In this document: positions 1 through 9,359 of the stretch, in pieces | Position numbering within the stretch: the stretch's first letter is position 1 | Layout of the letters: every line of letters begins with the position of its first letter | DNA from: Thermoproteota archaeon | Lineage (GTDB): Archaea; Thermoproteota; Thermoprotei_A; Sulfolobales; Ignisphaeraceae | Direction of reading: 5' to 3' | Assembly: GCA_030550585.1 (NCBI GenBank) | Contig: JAUQPB010000001.1 | Coordinates: 640,001 to 704,000 of the forward strand | Length of the DNA stretch: 64,000 nt | Notes under the pieces: generated by a model | Told to the model about the DNA's origin: nothing | What the model saw: only the letters and a program-made list of their open reading frames with translations | The model's database searches: none | Translations under genes and position numbers: made by a program

Positions 1-678
1 CAACAGTATGTCGTCCCATCTAACAAATAGGGTTATAGCCATTATACCGGTGAGCAATACTGTTGTGAAAATGAAGACTATAGCCTCGTTTTCCACCAGC
101 TGTTCTCCAACAAGCCCCACGGCTCTGCCAGCCAATATGATGACCAATATCATTATAAACTTTCCCAAAAAGGTAACTGGCATCACTTTCCAAATACTAT
201 ACCCCATCATGCCAAGCGGTATGTAGAGAACCTTGTCTGGAAGGTGAGTGAAAGCAAATATGAAAACAAGTAGAGCAACGGCTTTGTAGCCCCACATCTC
301 GACGAGCTTCAATAGGCTCTCCAACCTATTGATATATCCTGTGTTTCTCAAAGCTTCTCTACTAATCCTTCCAACAACCCATGCAATAGCTTCTCCAAGT
401 GCAGAGCCCAAACCACTTAAAATAGATAATAAGATTATATATGCAAGGTTCATTTTGTAGAGAGAAGCTATTAAGAAGATTATGTATGTATATGGTATTG
501 GCACTATAGAGATTGATGCTATAAATGATATTAGAAAAGATGCAAGGAGGAAATTGATGCTAAATAAAAAGGATATAAAGACTTTCCTAAATATGAAAAT
601 CACTATGCTGGTTACAACCAATATGAGTATTGTAGAAAACGCCTCAGCAACTTTAGCTATCCTCCTAGGCAAGCTCAT
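1..678 (-). CDS. DedA/VTT-domain membrane protein (partial, runs off window start)
   Basis: Not in the ORF track. Manual translation from ATG 678 (GGTG RBS upstream) gives MSLPRRIAK...SIVPIPY...SGLGSALGEAIAWVVGR...FAFTHLPDKVLYIPLGMMGY, which carries VTT/DedA-type motifs and several TM helices. Confidence 0.8.
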   Translation of the reverse strand, partial: MSLPRRIAKVAEAFSTILILVVTSIVIFIFRKVFISFLFSINFLLASFLISFIASISIVPIPYTYIIFLIASLYKMNLAYIILLSILSGLGSALGEAIAWVVGRISREALRNTGYINRLESLLKLVEMWGYKAVALLVFIFAFTHLPDKVLYIPLGMMGYSIWKVMPVTFLGKFIMILVIILAGRAVGLVGEQLVENEAIVFIFTTVLLTGIMAITLFVRWDDILL

Positions 679-750
679 TTGTTGCACCAAATAGGGCAAC
701 GCATTTTATAAGTTTATAAAACGTCTCTTCTACAGTCCTGTAATACACAG

Positions 751-758
751 TTATAAGC
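751..758 (+). promoter_or_regulatory. TATA box for the sRNA/moaD-E transcript
   Basis: TTATAAGC lies about 25 nt upstream of the C box at 780, the expected spacing for an archaeal TSS. Confidence 0.5.
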
Positions 759-776
759 TTTAGATTTTGAATAATT

Positions 777-833
777 TCAGTGATGAGCTCGTAAGGTGAA
801 ATGATTAGGTGATTGGGGAGGTTTCGGCTGATG
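777..833 (+). ncRNA. C/D box sRNA (2'-O-methylation guide), probably targeting 16S rRNA
   Basis: C box GTGATGA at 780-786, internal D'/C'-like ATGA..GTGA at 801-812, D box CTGA at 828-831, 52 nt span. The reverse complement of 812-826 is CGAAACCTCCCCAAT, like the crenarchaeal 16S motif GCGCGAAACCTCC(G/C)CAAT (recalled). Confidence 0.7.
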
Positions 834-1553
834 AGAATTAAAATAAAACTGTTTTCGCTTTTTAAAGAGATTTTCAACTCAGATGAAATTGAGGTACAGT
901 TTGAGAAAAATAGTGTGACTGTCGAAGAGCTAAAGGAGGCTCTAGCTAAGATCAGTCCTAAGGCGAGGAATGTTTTAAGCAGTGTGGAGCCTATTATCAT
1001 GGTTAACGGAATTGTTGCTGATGCGAATACAAATATTGGTGAGGTGGATGAGGTAGCCCTTCTACCACCTATGTCAGGAGGCTCGAAGCATGTTAGTGTC
1101 AAACTCTTTGTAGATGATCGTGATGTTGATATAGAGTCGAGGGTTAGGGATATTTTGACCAAGGTTGGTGGTGAGGGTGTGGGAGCAATAGCGATTTTTG
1201 TTGGTGTTGTCAAGGATGTTGTAGATGGGTATAAGGTTAGAGAGCTTGTTTATGAGGCTTATGAACCCTATGCAACAAAGACCCTGGAGAGAATAGCTGT
1301 TGAGGAAAGCGTTAATGAGAACATTAAAGCGATTGAGATTATGCATAGAGTTGGTGCTGCCAAACCTGGTGAAAAAACCCTTTGCATAATAGTTGCTTCG
1401 AGGAATAGAAAAGAAGCGTTAGATACATTGTCAAGAGTTTTAGAGAGGGTAAAGCACGAGGTTCCCATATTCAAGCTTGAGAAGAGAGAGGATGGAGAAT
1501 ACTATGTAATTGGAGATGGTAAAAGAGTTAAGAGCCCGAGCGAGGTTTCTTAA
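831..1553 (+). CDS. moaE: Molybdopterin synthase MoaD-MoaE fusion (MoaX-like)
   Basis: N-terminal ubiquitin-like MoaD ending in VALLPPMSGG, followed by MoaE motifs GAIAIFVGVVK, LVYEAY, HRVG and VKHEVPIFKLE. Confidence 0.92.
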   Translation: MRIKIKLFSLFKEIFNSDEIEVQFEKNSVTVEELKEALAKISPKARNVLSSVEPIIMVNGIVADANTNIGEVDEVALLPPMSGGSKHVSVKLFVDDRDVDIESRVRDILTKVGGEGVGAIAIFVGVVKDVVDGYKVRELVYEAYEPYATKTLERIAVEESVNENIKAIEIMHRVGAAKPGEKTLCIIVASRNRKEALDTLSRVLERVKHEVPIFKLEKREDGEYYVIGDGKRVKSPSEVS

Positions 1554-2436
1554 CTAAAACCACCTTGTTTTGCAACCCAACCTTCTCTATCCTTACATAG
1601 CCGAGCTTCTCAAGTTTTTTCACATGCCTCCACAACGTGGTTCTCGGAACAGGAACATCTTTCTGCAACTCTGATTGTAGTGCCGATCCACCTCTTTTTT
1701 CAAGGCTTTTCAGAATAGCTAAATCAACATCGCTTAGAAATTCCACCTCTCTTTCTTTCCCACTCCTAGCTCTAGACATATACAGGTAGGCTATGAAGAG
1801 TGCAACTGCGCCTAGCGCCACACCAATGATTATAAAGACTATGTTAGGCTGTGACTGAGAGGTTTTTGGCGCTACTACTGGGGTGGTGAACTGCTGTGGT
1901 TGTGTGGTCTCCTTAACAATATAGTTGATTGTAGGCTCGTCTGAGAATTCTATGTAGAGTATAGAGTTGTTGACATAGCCATAGTCAGAGATATTGTTTG
2001 GTACTGTCAGCAAGATTATGTTTGGAGCTAGATATAGTTTGTACATATATTCTTTAGATAGATGAAGAGAAAAGGCATTATTCTCGATACTAACGTTTGC
2101 CACATACTCAATATCACAACTTGCATTGATTGTCGAGACTATGTAGAGAGTATTAGATTTATCGTCATAGAGAAATGGAAGTTCTTGACTATTCAAAACA
2201 ACTGTAATGGTCTCTATAATAGGTGTCACAGGCAAAACAACAATGTTTACACCAGTACTCAAGTTCATCTTTATTCTGATATGTGCCACGCCATTAGAAT
2301 CTATATAGATGTGTGCAATTGGCTTTAAAGAATATATGCTGATCGTACTTGTGCCAGCTATAAATAGTGCAAATAGGGTTATGAGAAGCAAGGAGTATGG
2401 TATTCTAATCAATGTCCGTATCACCTCAGAGTACAT
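1528..2436 (-). CDS. Membrane-anchored winged-HTH transcriptional regulator (COG2512-like)
   Basis: Signal/TM N-terminus, beta-rich ectodomain, Thr/Gln linker, TM, then a C-terminal wHTH (ALQSELQKDVPVPRTTLWRHVKKLEKLGYVRIEK). Confidence 0.8.
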   Translation of the reverse strand: MYSEVIRTLIRIPYSLLLITLFALFIAGTSTISIYSLKPIAHIYIDSNGVAHIRIKMNLSTGVNIVVLPVTPIIETITVVLNSQELPFLYDDKSNTLYIVSTINASCDIEYVANVSIENNAFSLHLSKEYMYKLYLAPNIILLTVPNNISDYGYVNNSILYIEFSDEPTINYIVKETTQPQQFTTPVVAPKTSQSQPNIVFIIIGVALGAVALFIAYLYMSRARSGKEREVEFLSDVDLAILKSLEKRGGSALQSELQKDVPVPRTTLWRHVKKLEKLGYVRIEKVGLQNKVVLVKKPRSGS

Positions 2437-2542
2437 TGTTGTGGTGGAATAAAAACTCTATTTTTCAGAACCAATATTATGGTAGGGTAGAGGTTTGACA
2501 TGGAGAAAACAATTATGCTTATGTGAGCAAATGATTTAGATT

Positions 2543-3772
2543 TTAGGTAAATAGGTAGCTTTTCTGAGGGTTCGTTAAACCAAGTGCTATTAATGCATCG
2601 CCTCCAACCTCAACACCGTATGTCATGATGAGTCTATACAGCCTCTTCAACGATGCGGTTTCAAGTCTTATGAATCTATCGGCATAGTCTATTGGTATCG
2701 GTACAGCGTTTTGCGATGTATTATGCATTACATATTCTAGGACATCTTCTATTCTTGACCTTGGATAGACATCCAGTCTTATAGCTTGGGGATACACCAT
2801 ATCGCTAACCGGTTTGTAGAAGACTATAGCAGTTTCTCTCATTACATCACAGATGTTCTTTAATCCACTAACAGCATTGCCGCTCGAACAGGTTTCAAGC
2901 ATATCCAGTATTGTTTGTATTCTTTTCTGTTTTAAAGCCTTTGACGATCTCTTCATTATGCTGAGGTGCATCTTAAATATGTCTAGATAGCTGCTTATCA
3001 CAGCATATTCTCCTGGTTCAAGAACATAGCTGAGTATAACCTTGTCATTCAGTCTCCTCAATAGCCTGGCAAGTTCGCTGTCAAGTCCCTCGATATAGGA
3101 TGCTATAAATCTGCTTGAAACTCTTTTAACAACTCCAACAACAGGCAACCCAAGATCGGACGCCTTTCTAAGTAGTCTCAGCAACTTTGATGAACCTATG
3201 GATATAAGCTCATCAATTTCTTTGATATTTTCTAGGCTATTCTCATCGGCGTTTTTAGCTGGGTTGAAGAATGAAGGGCGGGTAGAGAAGTAGAGAGACC
3301 CGTCAAGCATAACCATATCTACATAACTATGTTTATCTAGAGCCTTTAGAGCAGTGTCATACTCTAGAATCTTTGCATAAACCTCTATAGCTGTATTCAC
3401 ATACCTTTCACTGTTTCCAACAATTGACGACATTCTGCATATCTCATATGATGAGGTGCCGCTTGGGCCAACAACAACATATCCAGAGACTATAACGCCG
3501 AAGACCCCAGATACTATCTCTAGTGTTGGCTTACTCCATGTGCTATCAACTGCTACAACTATTCTACCACCATTTTCTACAACCCCAGAGAATTTTCTGA
3601 TCTCGAGAAATCTTCTAACCTTATCCCTATTCTCTAGTGCAGGCCTAGCATAATTTGCATAGACCTTGCTTACAATATCCTTTGCCGCCTCAACCAAAGC
3701 TGTTGTTAGCTCGGGGTTTTCGTCTGTAAGCTCGATTAATTTTCCAGAAAACTCTTCATCCTCATGCAACAT
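2543..3772 (-). CDS. nurA: NurA-domain nuclease
   Basis: VAVDST, MLDGSL, VVGVVKR, LNDK and PIPIDYAD motifs. Overlaps the stop codon of the HerA gene. Confidence 0.82.
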   Translation of the reverse strand: MLHEDEEFSGKLIELTDENPELTTALVEAAKDIVSKVYANYARPALENRDKVRRFLEIRKFSGVVENGGRIVVAVDSTWSKPTLEIVSGVFGVIVSGYVVVGPSGTSSYEICRMSSIVGNSERYVNTAIEVYAKILEYDTALKALDKHSYVDMVMLDGSLYFSTRPSFFNPAKNADENSLENIKEIDELISIGSSKLLRLLRKASDLGLPVVGVVKRVSSRFIASYIEGLDSELARLLRRLNDKVILSYVLEPGEYAVISSYLDIFKMHLSIMKRSSKALKQKRIQTILDMLETCSSGNAVSGLKNICDVMRETAIVFYKPVSDMVYPQAIRLDVYPRSRIEDVLEYVMHNTSQNAVPIPIDYADRFIRLETASLKRLYRLIMTYGVEVGGDALIALGLTNPQKSYLFT

Positions 3773-5321
3773 CTCTGACCTTCACCAGCAATGGTCTTCT
3801 AAGCGGATTGCCAAGCCCTGTGAAGAAGAATTCTCTTGGTGATAGAAGTGGAAGTGTGTACTCCATATACTCCACACCCTCGAGCCAGTTCCTCAACTCG
3901 TTGTAGTCTCCAGATGTTTGCATTCGCGAGAAGAAAACTGTGTTTATATTTCCTCTAATCTCTGGTGCGAGATCTATGACCCTCTGCGATGATAGGATTA
4001 GTCCGAATCCCCATTTCCTGCCCTCTCTACTAGTCCTAGCAATAATGTCTTTGGCAGGGTCACATCCATAGGCACAGCAATAGTTGTGAGCCTCATCGAC
4101 AACAGCAATTATATTGGCTCTACTCCTCTTGTATAGAATTGTATCCCAGATTTTCTTAATGAATTGATATACAATAGCATTTTTAGCACTATACTCAACT
4201 TCTGTCGACAAATCAATTATTATAACCCTTTTTGCATCATTGAAAAGAGCTGTGACAACGTCATCAATAACAGTTGACCTCCTAGACATGTTTTGCTCGA
4301 AAAACGCCCTACCAACTCTTGTGTATAGCAGTAACCTCAGCTTTTCAATTGTTTGCTGCCTAGCATTCATATTTTTCAGATACGTTTCAAGATCATTGAC
4401 AAATTGGTTAAAGTCCCATTTGAATAGCCCTTTCGAGCTGAGCTCTTTGTATTTCTTCAGCAGTTCCCCAAGCTCTATATCCCCATTTCTTCTTCCAAAA
4501 CCCCTTGTCTTTGCCTGTTGTAACGGGCTTTCCACCTCCTCAACAACACTCCTAATATATTCTATTACAGCCCCATAGACATAATCTTGGTGCTCGGATC
4601 TCCTCAGACCCATTTGATCAACAATTATATCAGCTATAACATCCGGCTCTAGAACAATATTTGAAGAGTCTATAACCGATATCGAGTTTTCAAAGCCTAT
4701 CCACCTAGACAAGTCGGCGTAGTCAACACCTGTATGATCAAATATGACTATTCTATAGTTTGGCGCCTTCCTCAGAACCTCTTCTATAATTGCTTTTACC
4801 AGTCTAGACTTTCCAGATCCTGTTGCACCCAAAACAGCTATGTGATAGTCTAGCGCAATTGGGTTAACATCTATCTCGAGGTTAGCAAATTTGTGGTAGC
4901 CTATGAAGAGCCCCTGGGGGAGCTTCAATATGCCTGATAATGCATCTCCCCTCTCAACTATATAAACATGGCTGCCAGGTCTTGGAATAGCGAAACTCAG
5001 AGAAACCCCGCCACCAGAGCCTATCTCCCTTATAATCTCAACATAGCTATGCATGAGAGGTGCTGAGAAGCTGTGGCTTTTGTCAGGGTCGAAAACTGTT
5101 GGAAGAGCATTGGCATCTATTGCAAGGTCCTTTTTAGTGCTACTCTTAAACACTCCGAGAAATCTCCTACCCTCTAGGAAATCATCTATTATCGCCAGCA
5201 TCTCATCCCTTACATAGTCCATCGCATCTCTAGATATTCTGACAGGTGCTAGAGAAGCTCTAGCACCAGATGTTATGACGCCGACAAGTCTACCGAAGTC
5301 TCTAGGGCTCCAGCTCCACAA
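3762..5321 (-). CDS. herA: HerA-family ATPase/helicase (HAS barrel + DUF87)
   Basis: HIAVLGATGSGKS, IFDHTGVDY, VVDEAHNY and REGRKWGFGLILSSQR. Start uncertain; TTG 5321 chosen. Confidence 0.88.
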   Translation of the reverse strand: MWSWSPRDFGRLVGVITSGARASLAPVRISRDAMDYVRDEMLAIIDDFLEGRRFLGVFKSSTKKDLAIDANALPTVFDPDKSHSFSAPLMHSYVEIIREIGSGGGVSLSFAIPRPGSHVYIVERGDALSGILKLPQGLFIGYHKFANLEIDVNPIALDYHIAVLGATGSGKSRLVKAIIEEVLRKAPNYRIVIFDHTGVDYADLSRWIGFENSISVIDSSNIVLEPDVIADIIVDQMGLRRSEHQDYVYGAVIEYIRSVVEEVESPLQQAKTRGFGRRNGDIELGELLKKYKELSSKGLFKWDFNQFVNDLETYLKNMNARQQTIEKLRLLLYTRVGRAFFEQNMSRRSTVIDDVVTALFNDAKRVIIIDLSTEVEYSAKNAIVYQFIKKIWDTILYKRSRANIIAVVDEAHNYCCAYGCDPAKDIIARTSREGRKWGFGLILSSQRVIDLAPEIRGNINTVFFSRMQTSGDYNELRNWLEGVEYMEYTLPLLSPREFFFTGLGNPLRRPLLVKVRDVA

Positions 5322-5504
5322 GCATACCGACCGAGGGGTTTGAGATATTAATACGCTAATATCTTTTGAGAGCAAAGCGAAAGTTTGCAGGATAAAAAGG
5401 CTGTGCATCTAATATAGGAAAATATAGTGTAACATCTGGTTAAGTAAAATTGGAGAGAAAGGTTATAAAGTAGTTAGGTTAAGGTGTTAGAAGGTTTTGC
5501 AACA

Positions 5505-5825
5505 ATGTTTAGGATTGTTATAGAAGCGTTGCTACAGGGTTTGCCTGAGGAGCAGATGTGTATAGCAAAGCTTAGAGAGGGGATGGAGATGGGCGGGATT
5601 TGCACAGGCTCGCAAACATCGTTTGCATGTGCATCCAACAATGTCTTGGTGAAGGTGCTTCCCGCTGAAGCATCTCATCAGCTTTCCCATGCATTCATTG
5701 GAGTGCCAATGAAGTTTGCTATTCAGATACATGTTGAGGGTGAAAAAGCTGAAGATGTTGTTAAAATTGCTGACATTGTTTATAAGACTTTGAAGGGCTG
5801 CAACATTCTTTTGAGAATTGTGTAG
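5505..5825 (+). CDS. Hypothetical protein
   Basis: Fills the gap between herA and deoD. TATA-like TTATAAA upstream. No motif recognised. Confidence 0.6.
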   Translation: MFRIVIEALLQGLPEEQMCIAKLREGMEMGGICTGSQTSFACASNNVLVKVLPAEASHQLSHAFIGVPMKFAIQIHVEGEKAEDVVKIADIVYKTLKGCNILLRIV

Positions 5826-5826
5826 A

Positions 5827-6561
5827 CTATACATTAATCCTTGTAAGAGCCTCTAAAACTATCTTAGCTGCTCTATCGACATAGTCTCTAAGCTCTTCGG
5901 CTGATGCGAATCCGAGCTCCTCTACGAGAGAGTCGCTGACCATTAGCAGTGCCCCTGTCTTCAGATTTCTCATGGCACCTAGCATAAAGAGACCTGCACA
6001 CTCCATCTCAACAGCTACAACACCTCTACTTGTCCACTTTCTAACGAAATCAGGGTCTTCAGCATAGAAAGCATCGCTACTGACAACGGGTCCTAGAACA
6101 TAGTTTACACCAGCCTTCTGAGTCTCTTCAACAAGGGTCTTTAGAACCTCGAAACTTGGTGCTGTTGCTGTGCACACATTCTCTTTTAGATACTGGTAGA
6201 ATGCGCCTCCAGGGTAGTAGGCAGCGGCTGTTGGGATTACTACATCGCCTATTCTAAGCCCCTTGACCATTGCACCACAAGTTCCGAATCTGACAACAAC
6301 CTTTGCTCCCAGCATTGCTAGCTCTTCAACAACTAACATAGAGGATGGGTGGCCAACACCATGGACAGCAACAGATATTGGAACACCTTTATACGAGCCA
6401 GTATATATTGTGAAGCCTCTATTCGTATTAACTACCCTAGGATTCTCAAGCATTTTAGCGACCTGGTCTACTCTTGCAGGATCTCCAGCAATTATCACTC
6501 TCTCTGCAATATCTCCCCTCCTAGCCTTTATGTGTATGGGTCCAACCAATCTTCTCACCAA
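5827..6561 (-). CDS. deoD: Purine-nucleoside/5'-methylthioadenosine phosphorylase (DeoD-type)
   Basis: GDPARV, HGVGHPS, RFGTCGA, SSDAFY and AVEMEC motifs. Confidence 0.92.
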   Translation of the reverse strand: MVRRLVGPIHIKARRGDIAERVIIAGDPARVDQVAKMLENPRVVNTNRGFTIYTGSYKGVPISVAVHGVGHPSSMLVVEELAMLGAKVVVRFGTCGAMVKGLRIGDVVIPTAAAYYPGGAFYQYLKENVCTATAPSFEVLKTLVEETQKAGVNYVLGPVVSSDAFYAEDPDFVRKWTSRGVVAVEMECAGLFMLGAMRNLKTGALLMVSDSLVEELGFASAEELRDYVDRAAKIVLEALTRINV

Positions 6562-6623
6562 GAAAAATTAGACCATGCAAAGATTTAAGCTTTATGCTTA
6601 TATAAATGATGCAACGAAGCAAT

Positions 6624-7028
6624 ATGGGTATGGTAGTGCTTAGAGGAAAAGTGGTTAAGGGTATTGGCGAGGGGAGAAAATATGTTGAGATATATAGCAT
6701 AGAGATAGAGAAGACACTTGGCTTTAGACCATTTCCAGGAACGCTAAATGTATTGCTTGACAAAGAGTCTATACACAAAATTGTATCGGTCTACAACACA
6801 AAGCCCTATGCAGTAATAAAACCGCCGCTCAATGATCTAGCAGATGTATATGTATGGAAATGTTGCATAGCGAAGAGTGGTAGCTCAGATAAGGTAGAGT
6901 CGTATGTAGTGAGACCTGCGAAAACTGTGTACGATGTTAGCGTTGTGGAGCTTATATCAAGTGAATATATTAGAAAGAGGCTTGGGCTCTCTGATGGCAA
7001 TGCTGTGGAGATAGTAGTTTTTACTTGA
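6624..7028 (+). CDS. ribK: CTP-dependent riboflavin kinase
   Basis: GKVVKGIGEGRKYV, LGFRPFPGTLNV and VELIS..IRKRLGLSDG. Confidence 0.9.
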   Translation: MGMVVLRGKVVKGIGEGRKYVEIYSIEIEKTLGFRPFPGTLNVLLDKESIHKIVSVYNTKPYAVIKPPLNDLADVYVWKCCIAKSGSSDKVESYVVRPAKTVYDVSVVELISSEYIRKRLGLSDGNAVEIVVFT

Positions 7029-7030
7029 AT

Positions 7031-8179
7031 CTACCTTCTGATCTTTGGAACATCAAATTTGTATCTGATCAGATACTTCTCCACTTGATCCACAGCTCTT
7101 CTCCTCTTCTCTTGGTGATCTCTAAGAAACCTTGCCACCCTCTCTGCCAGCTCCTTTTTGCACTCTCCACAGAGTAGTGCGCCAGTTTTGCATGCATGGT
7201 ATCTCTCCAAAAGTTTCTTGTCATTGTCTTCGAATAGCATTTCATACATTTTGTAGACTGGGCAGGCATCTGGATTGCCCCCATACTTTCTCTGCAGTTC
7301 TGCAGTTGGCTGACCCCCTGTATAAGACTTCATAATTTTTTGCATTGCTATCTCTGGCGGGTCTGTAGTGTATATAGCTGTCTCTGGTTTTGAGGAAGAC
7401 ATCTTACCGCCTATTCCAAGACCCGGAAGAAGCTTGTTGTGTATTTGTGTTGGCTTTGGATAGTTTAGAGATGGTGCAACATCTCTTGCAATTCTCCAGT
7501 AGGGATCTTGATCTATTCCAGCGGGGATCAAGACCATCACATGTTCTTGGTATAGCTCTGTTGGTAAGAATGCTACAGATATTTGGAGAACTGGATAGAA
7601 TATCATTCCAATGTTTGTAGAGTCTGTGAATCCAAATGTTGCTTTTTGTGTTGAATAGGTTATCTTCTTTGCAATTCTTATTGCAATGGGGTAGAGAAAC
7701 CCGATATCCTCTGAATCTATTATCACATGAGTCTTTGCTGGGTCAAGCCCTAGAGCAGCTAGATCCAATATATTCTCATATGCAAGACTGTTGAACTCCT
7801 CTAGAGAGCCTGAATCTCCATGCCAGTACTTCTCATCATCAGTCATCTGGAAGAATAGCTCTAGACCAAGTCTATCCTGCAACCATTTCGTGAAAATCCA
7901 TGGCAGTATATGCCCAAGGTGAGTGTGTCCAGAGGGCCCTCTACCTGTATACAAAGCACATCTTTTTCCAGTTTTGAAAGTCTCTAGAAAGATGTCAAAA
8001 TCTCTATGAGAGTAAAAAACTCTTCTCCTAACCATTGAATGGGTTTCCCCGGCAACCTCTGCTAGCATAGAAACCTCTTTATCCGTCAAAGGCTTTGCCC
8101 CAAATATCTTTACAAGTTTGTCATAGTCTACAAAGGCCTCTGCTTCCCATGGCGTTACATGCGTTTCCTCAAGCTCCAC
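7031..8179 (-). CDS. trpS: Tryptophan--tRNA ligase
   Basis: YTGRGPSGHTHLGH (HIGH), IPAGIDQDPY, KMSSS and TGGQPTAELQRKYGG. Confidence 0.97.
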   Translation of the reverse strand: MELEETHVTPWEAEAFVDYDKLVKIFGAKPLTDKEVSMLAEVAGETHSMVRRRVFYSHRDFDIFLETFKTGKRCALYTGRGPSGHTHLGHILPWIFTKWLQDRLGLELFFQMTDDEKYWHGDSGSLEEFNSLAYENILDLAALGLDPAKTHVIIDSEDIGFLYPIAIRIAKKITYSTQKATFGFTDSTNIGMIFYPVLQISVAFLPTELYQEHVMVLIPAGIDQDPYWRIARDVAPSLNYPKPTQIHNKLLPGLGIGGKMSSSKPETAIYTTDPPEIAMQKIMKSYTGGQPTAELQRKYGGNPDACPVYKMYEMLFEDNDKKLLERYHACKTGALLCGECKKELAERVARFLRDHQEKRRRAVDQVEKYLIRYKFDVPKIRR

Positions 8180-8235
8180 AAACGTTTATCACCTGTTGCC
8201 AATATCTAGCGAGTCTTGAGAGAGGTTATAAGTGT

Positions 8236-8883
8236 TTAGGGCATTATCCCTATTCCCAGAAACCTCTTCATAACGATGTTGAGGGAGAACAGTATTAACA
8301 GAACACCGAAGGCTCCCAGCAATGCTCTATAACCTTTTTCGCCAAGGAACCTAGACCCTCTTCTAGTGGCCTCAGCTACTGTAGCCAGCCAAATGAAGTC
8401 CATCCAGACGTGTGCAGGATACATAACGAGGATTGATAGGAGCCCGAAAGAGGCTATTGACGAGATGAGCGACATTCCTATGCTTATCCACCACATCAAG
8501 AAGAATATGTTTAGAGCCGTGAAGAGAAAACCAACGACAATTGGGTTGCCATAGTCGCGCTTTTGGCTATCGCCTATATTGAAGCCCTTTATAGAATCTC
8601 TTAACAGCATATATGCAAAATAAAGTATTATTATTGCTCCGCCAACTGCTATAACCCCGCCCACAGAACTTGATAGAACCTCTTCTACCTTGCTAAACAT
8701 TATAGTGAGTATAACAATGTATGGGAGCTCAAACAGCATGTGCCCCAAAGCTACCAATACACCGCCTCTCCAACCACTTTTTGCACCAATAGACATTGTT
8801 GCCACCGTTAGGGGGCCTGGGCTCAGAGCGCCAGAGGGCGTCACCATAATTGTTTGTATAGCTAGCGATATCAGGGAATCCAT
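8236..8883 (-). CDS. LysE-family translocator
   Basis: SGALSPGPL, LGHMLFE and ALNIFFLMWW motifs; about 6 TM helices. Confidence 0.88.
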   Translation of the reverse strand: MDSLISLAIQTIMVTPSGALSPGPLTVATMSIGAKSGWRGGVLVALGHMLFELPYIVILTIMFSKVEEVLSSSVGGVIAVGGAIIILYFAYMLLRDSIKGFNIGDSQKRDYGNPIVVGFLFTALNIFFLMWWISIGMSLISSIASFGLLSILVMYPAHVWMDFIWLATVAEATRRGSRFLGEKGYRALLGAFGVLLILFSLNIVMKRFLGIGIMP

Positions 8884-8889
8884 AGACTC

Positions 8890-9270
8890 TCACTTACCCG
8901 AGCCTATCTCTATCCACTGAAAAGATATTATATCACGTATAAACTGCGTTGCTATATCCAGAACATGTTGAACGCACTCCTCATCGCTCTCAAGCCCCTT
9001 CTCATTACAAAGCCTTTTCACAATCCCCCAGCCAACAGAATCCTCGCTCAAGATCGTGACACAGCCACTATCAAATCTTCTACTAGGCGTTTTATACAAC
9101 GCTATATATGCTCTAAGGCTATTCAAAAGATCTAGAAGTCTTATCATTCTGTACTTAGATGTGCAGACATCCAGCCCATAAATGTTGTAGAAGGCTGTCC
9201 TCTCAACACTGTCTATCTCAGTGGCTATCCTAACACCGTCAGCAGATGCAAAAACACTTCTCTTTTTCAA
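8890..9270 (-). CDS. Hypothetical protein
   Basis: 126-aa ORF ending 6 nt before lysE on the same strand; GGGTG RBS. Confidence 0.6.
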   Translation of the reverse strand: MKKRSVFASADGVRIATEIDSVERTAFYNIYGLDVCTSKYRMIRLLDLLNSLRAYIALYKTPSRRFDSGCVTILSEDSVGWGIVKRLCNEKGLESDEECVQHVLDIATQFIRDIISFQWIEIGSGK

Positions 9271-9359
9271 AGCAATCTACACCCTTCTTTTCCAAATGTA
9301 TTTGGCTGAACATAAGCTTTTTTATTTCTAGGCTTTAACAAACATTGTTGGTGGTTATA

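Noticed and set aside
8-1474. ORF-track entries 8..226, 482..694, 665..1213, 1074..1346 and 1268..1474, and similar antisense ORFs throughout the window
   Set aside because: They are shadow frames opposite or overlapping well-supported genes, with Ser/Thr/Ile-rich composition typical of antisense reading.
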